From assembly GCA_038222385.1 (NCBI GenBank), contig JBBRHS010000001.1:1-28057 (forward strand): DNA of 28,057 bases, in the 5' to 3' direction. Below are positions 1 through 8,567 of this stretch, in pieces. How positions within the stretch are numbered: position 1 is the first letter of the stretch; each line of letters opens with the position of its first letter. Position numbers and translations under genes: made by a program. A model generated the notes under the pieces. The model worked only from the letters and a program-made list of their open reading frames with translations, ran no database searches and had not been told where the DNA came from. The DNA comes from Acidimicrobiia bacterium. Its GTDB lineage: Bacteria; Actinomycetota; Acidimicrobiia; IMCC26256; JANYLB01.

Positions 1-1
1 G

Positions 2-1216
2 CTCCGCGAGCGGGAGGACGTCTTCGCCACCGCCGAGGCGCGCGGCGCCGGCCACCCGATCGGCGACGCCCGGTGGGAGGTGGGCGCGGCGGCCGGCACC
101 TTCGAGTACTACGCCGGCGCGGCGAACAAGCACTTCGGCGAGGTGGTGCCGGTCCAGGAGCCGGGTCTCGACGTGGTGTTGCGGGAACCGGTCGGGGTGT
201 GTGCGCTCGTGGTGCCGTGGAACTTCCCGCTCCTCATCGCGTCGTGGAAGAGCGCACCGGCGCTCGCGTGCGGGAACCCGATCATCCTGAAGCCGGCGTC
301 GTACACACCGCTGACCGCGCTCCTGCTCGGCGAGATCCTCGTCGAGGCGGGCGTGCCGGCCGAGTGTGTCTCGGTGCTGCCCGGCCCCGGCGCCGAGGTC
401 GGCGGCGCCCTCGTGGCCGACCGGAGGGTGAACAAGATCTCGTTCACCGGCGAGACCGCCACCGGTGCCGGGATCCTGCGGGCGTCGTCCGACAACATCA
501 CCCGGGTCTCACTCGAGCTCGGCGGGAAGTCGGCGTGCGTGGTGTTCGCCGACGCCGACATCGAACGGTGCATCGAGGAGACACCGATGTCGGTGTTCGG
601 CAACGCCGGGCAAGACTGCTGCGCGCGCAGCCGGATCCTCGTCGAACGGAGTGCATACGACGACTTCGTCGCGCGCTTCGCCGCCCGCGTCGAGCAGATC
701 CGTGTCGGGCTTCCGCTCGACGACGCCACCGAGATGGGCCCGTTGATCTCGCCCGCCCAGCGGGAGACCGCGCTGCGGTACCTCGAGATCGGCCGCGACG
801 AAGGCGCGGAACTCGTCACCGGCGGCCTCGTGCCGGGCGACGACGCGCTCGCCGCGGGCTCGTTCCTCACGCCGGCGGTGCTCGCCGGGGTCCGCAACGA
901 GATGCGCGTCGCCCAGGAGGAGATCTTCGGTCCGGTGGTGGGCATCATCGCCTTCGACGACGAAGCCGACGCGATCCGCCAGGCCAACGACAGCGACTAC
1001 GGCCTGTCGGGTTCGCTCTGGACCCGAGAGCTCGGCCGGGCGACCCGCGTGGCGCGTGCGCTGCGCACCGGCACGCTCTCGGTGAACTCGAACCGCAGTG
1101 TCCGTAGCGAGACGCCGTTCGGTGGGTACAAGCGCAGCGGCCTCGGCCGTGAGCTCGGCATGTATGCCATGCAGCACTACACCGAGGTCAAGAACGTCTT
1201 CTTCTCGTCGGAGTGA
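2..1216 (+). CDS. NAD(P)-dependent aldehyde dehydrogenase, 5'-truncated (resembles actinobacterial AldC-like enzymes)
   Basis: The frame is open from base 2 (LREREDVFATAE...), so the ORF-track start at 80 is internal. ALDH motifs: VPWNFPL, LKPASYTP, FTGETATG, LELGGKS (catalytic Glu), GQDCCA (catalytic Cys), EEIFGPV, PFGGYKRSGLGRE. Confidence 0.95.
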   Translation, partial: LREREDVFATAEARGAGHPIGDARWEVGAAAGTFEYYAGAANKHFGEVVPVQEPGLDVVLREPVGVCALVVPWNFPLLIASWKSAPALACGNPIILKPASYTPLTALLLGEILVEAGVPAECVSVLPGPGAEVGGALVADRRVNKISFTGETATGAGILRASSDNITRVSLELGGKSACVVFADADIERCIEETPMSVFGNAGQDCCARSRILVERSAYDDFVARFAARVEQIRVGLPLDDATEMGPLISPAQRETALRYLEIGRDEGAELVTGGLVPGDDALAAGSFLTPAVLAGVRNEMRVAQEEIFGPVVGIIAFDDEADAIRQANDSDYGLSGSLWTRELGRATRVARALRTGTLSVNSNRSVRSETPFGGYKRSGLGRELGMYAMQHYTEVKNVFFSSE

Positions 1217-1223
1217 GCCGGGC

Positions 1224-4200
1224 TCAGACCGCGGTGGCGCGTTCGCTGAAGCTCTCCCAGAGCGCGGCGTAGGCGCCCTGTTGGGCGAGGAGCTCGTCGT
1301 GGCTTCCCTGCTCGATGATCTGGCCGTCATCGAGGACCACGATCCGGTCGGCCGCGCGCGCGGTCTGCAGGCGGTGCGCGATCAGGAGCGTGGTGCGGCC
1401 CGTCGACACGAGACCCATCGCCCGTTGGACGCGCGCCTCGGTCCCGAGGTCGAGGTTGGCGGTCGCCTCGTCGAGCAGGAGGATCGCCGGGTCGACGAGC
1501 AGGGCGCGCGCGAGGCAGAGCAGCTGGCGCTGTCCGGCCGACAGGGAACGGCCGCGTTCGGTGATCGGGTGCAGGTAGCCGCCCGCGAGGCCGGCAATGA
1601 ATTCGTGGGCGCCGACGGCCCGGGCCGTGGCCTCGACCTCGGCGTCGGTGGCGTCGGGCCGGCCGTAGGCGATGTTGTCTCGCACCGTGCCCGAGAACAG
1701 GAACGGCTCCTGGGGGACGTAGCCGATGCGGCGTCGGAAGGTCCCGAGGTCGAGATCGGTGACGGGGACTCCGTCGATCAACACCCGACCACCGGTCGCG
1801 TCGTAGAAGCGGGCCACCAGCTTCACGATCGTCGACTTGCCCGCGCCCGTCTCACCGACCAACGCGACCGACTCTCCCGGCGCGATGTCGAAGTCGATGC
1901 CGCGGAGCGCCTCTCCGGGCGCCCCCGGGTACGCGAACCGCACCCGCTCGAACCGGATCGCACCCTCGACCCGCGGGAGGGACACCGGTTCGTCGGGCGC
2001 CGGCGTACCGGTCGGGGTGACCATCAGCTCGTCGATCTTCTTCATCGACACGCGCGCCTGCTGCCACTGGTCGAACACCTGCGACAGCTGCTGGATGGGT
2101 GAGAAGAACTGGTTGAGGTAGAGCAGGAACGCGATCACCGTACCTGCGGCCAACGTGCCGTCGCGCACCAGCGGAGCGCCGATCCCGAGCACGATCGCGT
2201 CGCCGACGGTGGCGAGGAACAGCACGAACGGGAAGTAGAGGGCGACGAGCCGCTGGGCGTCGAGCCGGTCGCCGAGGTAGCGGCCGGCGACGGCGCGGAA
2301 CGAGCTCACGTTGCGGTCCTCGCGGACGTAGGCCTGCGCGACGCGCACTCCCGAGAGGTTCTCCTGGAAGTTCGCGTTGACCGTCGCGATGCTGTCCCGC
2401 GCCCGGGAGTAGGCCCGGTTCGACTTCCGTCGGAACAGCCACGTCGCGAGCAGGAGCGGCGGCACGAGGAGCAGCACCCCGAGCATCAGCTGCCAGCTCA
2501 TGAACGCGAGAATGACGAGCACGCCGACGAAGCTGAGCATGCTCACCACGGCCTGGATCAGACCCTGTTGGAGCAGCTGGGAGAGCGCTTCGACGTCGGT
2601 GGTCATGCGGGTCATCACCCGGCCCGCCATCTCCCGGTCGTAGAAGTCGACCGAGAGGCGTTGCAGGTGGGAGAAGATGCGGATCCGCAGTGCGAAGAGC
2701 AGGCGCTCGGCGGTCCGACCGGTGTACCGGGTGTACGCCCACGTCGCGAACCAGTCGCCCAACGTGACGACCAGGAACGCGGCCGACGCGACGAACAGCG
2801 CGGTGGTCGAGCCCTGGATCACGCCCTTGTTGATGCCGCTCCGCACGAGGAGGGGACCCGCGAGCACGAGCAGTGTGTCGAGCACGACGAGCCCGAAGCC
2901 GATCGAGAGCGGCCGGGAGTAGGGCCGGAGGAACCGCCGGAGCGAGAACGAATCGTCGGGTTCGGCCTCCGCAACGACGTCGATCTCGGGGTCGTCGTCG
3001 GCGGGTGGGAGCGCCTCGAGCTTGGCGAGCAGGTCGGGAGTCGCGCTGAGCGGGATCCCCCCGCCGAACCCGATCCCACCGCCGACGGCGCCGCCGCCCG
3101 CACCGGGTCGCGCCGGCGTCGCGCCGGCCGGTTGGAGGAAGGGTCGGGGCCCGTCGGTGTCGGCACCGTCGACCCGGTTCCAGAGGTGCGGGGTCGTGCC
3201 GTCGCCGTCGCTCCCGGTGTCTCGACCGCCACCGGCGAGCACCTCGATGGAGTCGGACCCGTCGCCGTCGACCTCGCCCGGTCCGGCGAGCAGTTCCCGG
3301 TAGCGCGCCGATTCGGCGAGGAGCTCCTCGTGGGATCCCTCGGCGGCGACCCGACCGCCGTCGACGAGCACGATCCGATCGGCGAGGCGCAACGTGGAGC
3401 GTCGGTGGGCGATCAGGATGGTGGTGCGGTCCTGCATGACCTCGCGCAGCGTCGCGTGGATCTGTTCCTCGGTCGCCGCGTCGATCGAAGACGTCGCGTC
3501 GTCGAGCACGAGGACTCGGGGATCGGTGATCAGCGCCCGCGCGATCGAGACCCGTTGGCGCTGGCCTCCCGACAGTGTGAGTCCGCGTTCGCCGACCACG
3601 GTGTCGTAGCCGTCGCGCAGCGCAGTGATGAACTCGTGCGCGCCCGCCGCCCGGGCCGCGGCCTCGACCTCGGCGTCGGTCGCGTCGGGGCGGCCGTAGG
3701 CGATATTCGTCCGCACGGAGTCGGAGAAGAGGAAGCTGTCCTCGAAGACCACGCCGATGTTGCGGCGGAGAGAGTCGAGGGTCACGTCGCGCACGTCGAT
3801 GCCGTCGAGGCGGATCGTGCCGGTCTGCACGTCGTAGAAGCGCGGGAGCAGGAGGCTCACCGTCGACTTACCGGATCCCGATGCACCGACGAGCGCCACG
3901 GTCTCGCCCGGCGCCACGTGCAGGGTGAAGTCGTGCAGCACCGGTTCCGACCGCAGGTAGCCGTAGGTGACGGCCTCGAACTCGATGTCGCCCCGCACCG
4001 GTGGGAGGTCGTCGGCGTCGGCGCGCTCGGTGACGAGCGGGTTCGAGTCGAGCAGCTCGAGGATCCGTTCCGCACCGGCTCGCGCTTGTTGGGCGACGGC
4101 GATCATCACCGAGAACATCCGCACCGGCGCAACGAGCTGCACGAGGTAGGTGGAGAAGGCGACGAACGTGCCGAGGGTGATGTTCCCTTCGATCGCGAGG

Positions 4201-5069
4201 TACCCACCGAGCGCGAGCACACCGACCTGGGCGAGCGTGGGGATCGTCTGCAACGTCGACGACAGTCGGGCCTGCATGCGGACCGTGCGCACGCGTGACT
4301 TGTAGAGCGTGTCGGCCGAGTCGGTGAGGTGGGCGAGCTCGCGTTGCTCCTGGCCGAATCCCTTCACCACTCGCACGCCGTTGACTGCTTCGTCGACGAC
4401 GCCCGCGACTTCGGCGGCTCGCTGCTGGGAGTCCCAGGTCGCGGGGAAGAGCGTGGTGCGGAGACGGAGCGCGACGATCGCGATCGCGGGGAGGCAGAGC
4501 AGCGCGACGGCCGTCAGCAGCGGGGAGAGGAAGAGCATCACGACGAGCGCCACGACCACCATCACCAGGTTGCCCAGCATGATCGGTGTGAACGCGAGCA
4601 GACCTTGGATCAAGCCGAGGTCGGTGCTCGCCCGGGAGACGAGCTGGCCGGTCGGGAGCTCGTCGTGGCGGGCGAAGTCGAGCCGTTGGAGCCGTTCGAA
4701 GATCGCGTTGCGCAGGTCGAACTGCACGTCGAGCGCGACGCGGCCACCGACGAACCGACGGACGTAGGCCGCGGCGAAGCCGAACACGCCGGCGACGACG
4801 AGCAGCGCGATCCACGGCGCGATGTTCCCGTCGTTGCTGCCGGTCACGTCGTCGATCACGACCTTGGAGATCAGAGGGGTCAGCGCGGTGACGCTCATCC
4901 CGAGCACCGAGAAGCCGAGTGCGATGAAGACCTTCGCCTTGTGCGCGGCGACGAACGGCATGAGGCGTCGGATCCAGCCGCCGCTCGGAGCGGGTTGCAC
5001 CGTGGGGCGGTTCGGATCGACGCGACTGTCGGCCGTGGGGGGTGCCCCGGGGCTCGTGGTCGCACTCAC
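1224..5069 (-). CDS. Fused type IV ABC exporter (TMD-NBD-TMD-NBD), Rv0194-like multidrug/lipid efflux family
   Basis: 1281 aa with two hydrophobic TMDs and two NBDs: Walker A GASGSGKS and GETGAGKS, signatures LSGGQ and LSAGQ, Walker B VLVLDD and ILLLDE, two AHR H-loops. GTG start overlaps the MarR stop (GTGA). Confidence 0.95.
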   Translation of the reverse strand: MSATTSPGAPPTADSRVDPNRPTVQPAPSGGWIRRLMPFVAAHKAKVFIALGFSVLGMSVTALTPLISKVVIDDVTGSNDGNIAPWIALLVVAGVFGFAAAYVRRFVGGRVALDVQFDLRNAIFERLQRLDFARHDELPTGQLVSRASTDLGLIQGLLAFTPIMLGNLVMVVVALVVMLFLSPLLTAVALLCLPAIAIVALRLRTTLFPATWDSQQRAAEVAGVVDEAVNGVRVVKGFGQEQRELAHLTDSADTLYKSRVRTVRMQARLSSTLQTIPTLAQVGVLALGGYLAIEGNITLGTFVAFSTYLVQLVAPVRMFSVMIAVAQQARAGAERILELLDSNPLVTERADADDLPPVRGDIEFEAVTYGYLRSEPVLHDFTLHVAPGETVALVGASGSGKSTVSLLLPRFYDVQTGTIRLDGIDVRDVTLDSLRRNIGVVFEDSFLFSDSVRTNIAYGRPDATDAEVEAAARAAGAHEFITALRDGYDTVVGERGLTLSGGQRQRVSIARALITDPRVLVLDDATSSIDAATEEQIHATLREVMQDRTTILIAHRRSTLRLADRIVLVDGGRVAAEGSHEELLAESARYRELLAGPGEVDGDGSDSIEVLAGGGRDTGSDGDGTTPHLWNRVDGADTDGPRPFLQPAGATPARPGAGGGAVGGGIGFGGGIPLSATPDLLAKLEALPPADDDPEIDVVAEAEPDDSFSLRRFLRPYSRPLSIGFGLVVLDTLLVLAGPLLVRSGINKGVIQGSTTALFVASAAFLVVTLGDWFATWAYTRYTGRTAERLLFALRIRIFSHLQRLSVDFYDREMAGRVMTRMTTDVEALSQLLQQGLIQAVVSMLSFVGVLVILAFMSWQLMLGVLLLVPPLLLATWLFRRKSNRAYSRARDSIATVNANFQENLSGVRVAQAYVREDRNVSSFRAVAGRYLGDRLDAQRLVALYFPFVLFLATVGDAIVLGIGAPLVRDGTLAAGTVIAFLLYLNQFFSPIQQLSQVFDQWQQARVSMKKIDELMVTPTGTPAPDEPVSLPRVEGAIRFERVRFAYPGAPGEALRGIDFDIAPGESVALVGETGAGKSTIVKLVARFYDATGGRVLIDGVPVTDLDLGTFRRRIGYVPQEPFLFSGTVRDNIAYGRPDATDAEVEATARAVGAHEFIAGLAGGYLHPITERGRSLSAGQRQLLCLARALLVDPAILLLDEATANLDLGTEARVQRAMGLVSTGRTTLLIAHRLQTARAADRIVVLDDGQIIEQGSHDELLAQQGAYAALWESFSERATAV

Positions 5070-5512
5070 GGTCGGGCCGCGATCCGGTCGGCGAACGCGT
5101 GGTCGAGCGCGGTCGCCAGTTGGGCGAGGGCCGCGTCGATCACCGCCGGGTCGTCGCAGCGATCGAGGAGGGGTTGCAGGTTCTCGGCCATCGCGACCTC
5201 GGCGCCGCGCAGTGCTGTTTCGCCGGAGAGCGTGAGTTGGAGCCGAACCGCGCGGCGATCGCCGTCGACCCGCGCTCTCGTGACGAGGTCGCGCTCCACG
5301 AGCGCATCGACCATCGCCGAGACGCTCGGCTTGGCCAGGGCGAGCTTGCCCGCGAGCGCGGTCGCCCGTTCGCTGCCCTCCGAGATCATGGCGAGGAGGC
5401 GGTACTGCGGCAGGGTGAGCTCACCGCACGATCGCTCCAGGACCCTCGCCAAGCGGGCGAGGGTCCGGACCGCTCCGGCTTGCTGCAGGGTGCGGGACGG
5501 AGATTTCGTCAT
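5066..5512 (-). CDS. MarR family transcriptional regulator
   Basis: 148 aa with winged-helix pattern LTLPQYRLL...ATALAGKLALAKPSVSAMVDALVERDLVTR...GDRRAVRLQLTLSG. 4-bp overlap with the ABC exporter start. Confidence 0.92.
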   Translation of the reverse strand: MTKSPSRTLQQAGAVRTLARLARVLERSCGELTLPQYRLLAMISEGSERATALAGKLALAKPSVSAMVDALVERDLVTRARVDGDRRAVRLQLTLSGETALRGAEVAMAENLQPLLDRCDDPAVIDAALAQLATALDHAFADRIAARP

Positions 5513-5532
5513 CAGGCCGGAAGTCTATCGAA

Positions 5533-5552
5533 CAGTTAGGAAGACGAACTAG
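5533..5552. promoter_or_regulatory. Putative MarR operator (imperfect palindrome AGTT-N9-AACT) next to a -10-like TAGACT on the minus strand (5527-5522)
   Basis: CAGTTAGGAAGACGAACTAG lies about 20-40 bp upstream of the MarR ATG, the usual position for autorepression. Confidence 0.35.
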
Positions 5553-5684
5553 TCACGGAGAGTGAGATAAGACCACAACCCGGCTCAAGTTTCCATCGGG
5601 TGGGCCGATATCTGCGACGGGGTACGGCGGGGCTTTCAGATCACGTCACGGATCAACGCGACACGGATCAAAAGGTGGGAACGG

Positions 5685-5783
5685 ATGCTCTTCCAGATCG
5701 GTGGACTCATCGTCATCGCGGCACTCATTGCGTTTCTCGTGATGCAACGACGCAAGGAGAGTTCGAACCGCGCGACGCGCTGA
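5685..5783 (+). CDS. Small single-pass membrane protein, 32 aa (MLFQIGGLIVIAALIAFLVMQRRKESSNRATR); not in the ORF track
   Basis: Purine-rich SD-like AAAAGGTGGGA ends 5 nt before the ATG. About 20 hydrophobic residues are followed by a basic QRRK stretch. A short GC hairpin follows the TGA. Confidence 0.7.
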   Translation: MLFQIGGLIVIAALIAFLVMQRRKESSNRATR

Positions 5784-5788
5784 AGACG

Positions 5789-5804
5789 GCTCGGGTTCCC
5801 GAGC
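5789..5804 (+). terminator. Short GC hairpin downstream of the small ORF
   Basis: GCTCGG-GTTC-CCGAGC, 6-bp stem with no U-tract, between convergent genes. Confidence 0.3.
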
Positions 5805-5880
5805 GGGCGACAGGGCGGAGGCGCCTCGGCTCAGGTCGGGGCGCTTCGTCGCGTCGCGGTGTGCTTCGGACGTTCGAGAG

Positions 5881-6942
5881 CTAGCGGATCACGTTGCGCG
5901 ACGTGACGAGCGGGAGATCGAGGGTCGAGAGCACGCCGGGAGGCGCGTCGCACACGGCCGGGATCGCGTTGAGCAGTCGCATCGCGGTCGCTATCAGTCC
6001 ACCGGTGTTGTGGTCACCGTCGGGCCCTTCGAACTTCAGCTCGCACTCGAGTGACGGTCGCCCCTCGAGGCGGATGACGTAGCTGCCGCTGCCGTGCTGC
6101 TGCGGCCAGTCGGGCGCGACGTGGTCGCGCAGGCGCGTGACGTGCTCGACGATGATCGCGGGCCGGCCGTTCACGATGCCCTGCACCTCGAAACGCAGCG
6201 CCTCCATCGTGCCCTGTTCGATCGTGCCGAGCGGGAACGTGAACGTCTCGTCGGCGCCGCGGCGCTCGCACACCTCGCGGACCTCGTCGAGCTCCACGCC
6301 CATCGCCACGGCCATCATCTCGACCACGCCGGCCCACGCGACCGAGATCGATCCGGGGAGCAACATCAGCGCGGGGTAGTCGAGCGGCTTGCCGAACCCC
6401 ATCGTCTCGAACAGCACCTCGGGCTGGTCGTAGGTCGCGTAGTTGAGGATCTCCTGGATCCGCAACGACTCGATCTCCTCGCAGAACCCGGCCAGGGTGA
6501 GGGGCAGGAGGTCGTTCGCGAAGCCGGGGTCGATGCCCGACGTGAACAGCGACGCGTTCCCGGCTGCGCACGCCTGCTCCAGCTTCGCGACGACGCGCGG
6601 GTCAGCCGACGGCGGGTACAGCAACGACACGACCGAGCTCGACACGACGTTCTTGCCCGACTCGAGGAACCGACACATCTCGGCGACGGCCTCCCGCGGC
6701 CGGAGGTCGCCGGTGGCGTTGTGCGACACGACGTCGGCGTCGAGCGCGAGCAGCGCGTCGATGTCGTTCGTCGCGAGCACGCCGTTGGGCGCGAGACCCG
6801 CGAGCTCACCGGCGTCGCGGCCGACCTTGTCGGGGCTGTGGACCCAGAGCCCGACGAGCTCGAGTTCGGGGTGCTCGATGATCGCGCGCAGCGCGAGCGC
6901 GCCGACGTTGCCGGTGGAGTACTGGATGACGCGGTAGGTCAT
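5881..6942 (-). CDS. DapB-N/Ord-like NAD(P)-dependent oxidoreductase (dihydrodipicolinate reductase-like; Rv0926c/Rv1059-like family)
   Basis: True start MTYRVIQYSTGNVG (Rossmann glycine motif) at 6942, preceded by GAGAGGAA and an ATGA overlap with the upstream gene. Family motifs GRDAGELAG, LESGKNVVS, SGIDPGFANDL. 353 aa. Confidence 0.85.
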   Translation of the reverse strand: MTYRVIQYSTGNVGALALRAIIEHPELELVGLWVHSPDKVGRDAGELAGLAPNGVLATNDIDALLALDADVVSHNATGDLRPREAVAEMCRFLESGKNVVSSSVVSLLYPPSADPRVVAKLEQACAAGNASLFTSGIDPGFANDLLPLTLAGFCEEIESLRIQEILNYATYDQPEVLFETMGFGKPLDYPALMLLPGSISVAWAGVVEMMAVAMGVELDEVREVCERRGADETFTFPLGTIEQGTMEALRFEVQGIVNGRPAIIVEHVTRLRDHVAPDWPQQHGSGSYVIRLEGRPSLECELKFEGPDGDHNTGGLIATAMRLLNAIPAVCDAPPGVLSTLDLPLVTSRNVIR

Positions 6943-7742
6943 GACGAGGTTCCTCTCGGGGTTGCGCTGACGATCGCGATCGCCATCGTGCGGGCTTCGG
7001 CGCCGAGGTCGCGGACCTCGACGCGCAGGAGTTCGCCGTCGGGTCGGCTCCCGATCCAGGTCGCGACGGTGCGGACGGGACCGACGCGTCCCGGCCTGAG
7101 GAAGTGGAGCACCACCGAGGTGAGGTGGGCGCCGCCGAGGGTGTGGCGCACCGCCGATTCGACGAGGGTCGTCGTGACCCCGCCGTGCAGGATCCCCCAC
7201 GGGTTGAGCACGGTGTCGGTGAGCGGGAGCTCGACTCCCGCGGCCGCGGGTCGGATTCCGTAGAAGGAGTTCGGATCGGCGAGTTCCGTCTTCGCCGTTG
7301 GGACCTCGAGGACCATCGGTCGGTCGTAGTTCGGGGGACCGCCGGCGGGTTCGAGCACCGCCGAGGTGAGCACGGCATCGGCGAGGAGCGCGTCGGTCGC
7401 GTCGTCTCGGGCATCGATCGTGGTGACGACGGAGTTCCGGCCCGCGCGCAGCACGCGTGCTCGGAGGACGACCCCGCCCTCGAGCTTCCGGGGGACGAGG
7501 CGGCCGACGAGGTTCGTCGACACGATCCAACGAGGGAGCGACGCGAGCCCGGCGCACACGCCGCCGGCGCTGTCGATCATGCCGAGCAGCACCCCTGCGT
7601 GGGCGATCCCCAACGGGTCGACCAGGTGGCGCCCGGCCGGCGCGGTCCCGACGACCACGCCCTCCTCGGCCTGCTCGCGCAGGGTCACACCGAGGTAGCG
7701 GGTGACGGACCGTCCGGCGTCAGGATCGTCGAACTGACTCAC
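6939..7742 (-). CDS. PaaI-type double-hotdog acyl-CoA thioesterase
   Basis: GTG start (VSQFDDPD) overlaps the upstream stop (GTGA). Two hotdog motifs GIAHAGVLLGMID and NPWGILHGGVTTTLVE, plus RVLRAGRNSVV. 267 aa. Confidence 0.85.
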   Translation of the reverse strand: MSQFDDPDAGRSVTRYLGVTLREQAEEGVVVGTAPAGRHLVDPLGIAHAGVLLGMIDSAGGVCAGLASLPRWIVSTNLVGRLVPRKLEGGVVLRARVLRAGRNSVVTTIDARDDATDALLADAVLTSAVLEPAGGPPNYDRPMVLEVPTAKTELADPNSFYGIRPAAAGVELPLTDTVLNPWGILHGGVTTTLVESAVRHTLGGAHLTSVVLHFLRPGRVGPVRTVATWIGSRPDGELLRVEVRDLGAEARTMAIAIVSATPRGTSS

Positions 7743-8548
7743 GCGGGCCTCACCGCGACCGCGGTCGCGACGGTGGTGACGCGGCCGGTGGAGTCGAGGA
7801 TCGACACGTCGGCCGTGTTCGGGTCGATCAGGCGAGCGGTCGTCCGCAGCGGCCCGGCCTTCACCAGCGCAAGGTACGTGATCTGGAGGTCGCACACCTC
7901 GACGACGTGCCCCGCGTTCCAGCCGACGATCGTGTCGGCGGCCACGACGGCGGCGGTCGCCACGATCCCGCCCTGCACCGCGCCGAGCGTGTTCACGATG
8001 TAGGAGCCGAGCGGGAGCTCGATCGCGCCGCTCGCGGCGTCGACGACCGCGAACCCGAGACGGTCGACGATGGGCTCGGTGAGGTGCGAGTCGGGGAGGG
8101 CCATCGTCCCGCGGCCCCCGACCCCGGGTGTGGGCAGCACCGGGTTGTCGGCCCGACGGGGGAGGCGGGCGAAGCTCATCGTGGCGATCCCGAGCGCGCC
8201 CCGGTCGTCGTGGAGCTCCACCTCGATCACCGCGGTCGTGCGACCGGCCCGCAGCACCCTGGCGACCCCCTCGACCTCGTCGCCCGCGGGCCGCGGGAGG
8301 ACGTGCAGGGTGAGGTCGGCCGTTGCGATCCAGTCGGGTTGCACCGTCGCGGCTGCGAGGCCCCCGCCCATGAGGTCGACGAGCGTGGCCAGCACGCCCG
8401 CGTGCACCGATCCAGTCGGGTTGCGCACGAACTCGGACACCGGCAACCACACGTGGCCGGTGCCGTCGGCCCTCATCTCGAACTCGATCCGCAGGTCGCG
8501 CAGCACGTGCTGCAGGGGCGGATACGACTCGTGCTCGATCTGCTTCAC
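7739..8548 (-). CDS. PaaI-type double-hotdog acyl-CoA thioesterase
   Basis: Motifs NPTGSVHAGVLATLVD, WIATADLTLH, RVLRAGRTTAV, NTLGAVQGG. GTG at 8548 has GAGGG 8 nt upstream; alternative GTG at 8563. Confidence 0.85.
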   Translation of the reverse strand: MKQIEHESYPPLQHVLRDLRIEFEMRADGTGHVWLPVSEFVRNPTGSVHAGVLATLVDLMGGGLAAATVQPDWIATADLTLHVLPRPAGDEVEGVARVLRAGRTTAVIEVELHDDRGALGIATMSFARLPRRADNPVLPTPGVGGRGTMALPDSHLTEPIVDRLGFAVVDAASGAIELPLGSYIVNTLGAVQGGIVATAAVVAADTIVGWNAGHVVEVCDLQITYLALVKAGPLRTTARLIDPNTADVSILDSTGRVTTVATAVAVRPA

Positions 8549-8567
8549 GTCAGGGACCCTCACACAC

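Noticed and set aside
1214-1226. TGAGCCGGGCTCA palindrome joining the two convergent stop codons
   Set aside because: Only 6-bp arms with a 1-nt centre, partly forced by two opposed TGA codons; too short to call.
5428-5438. Partial match (CGATCGCTCC) to the men operator half-site inside marR
   Set aside because: Within coding sequence (LERS codons) and not palindromic.
5513-5684. Possible riboswitch or sRNA in the largest intergenic region
   Set aside because: No recognisable riboswitch consensus or strong stems by eye; an Infernal/Rfam search would be needed.
5600-5884. 94-aa ORF spanning the MarR/dehydrogenase gap
   Set aside because: No motif or SD. A shorter ORF in another frame (5685-5783) has an SD, a TM helix and a downstream hairpin.
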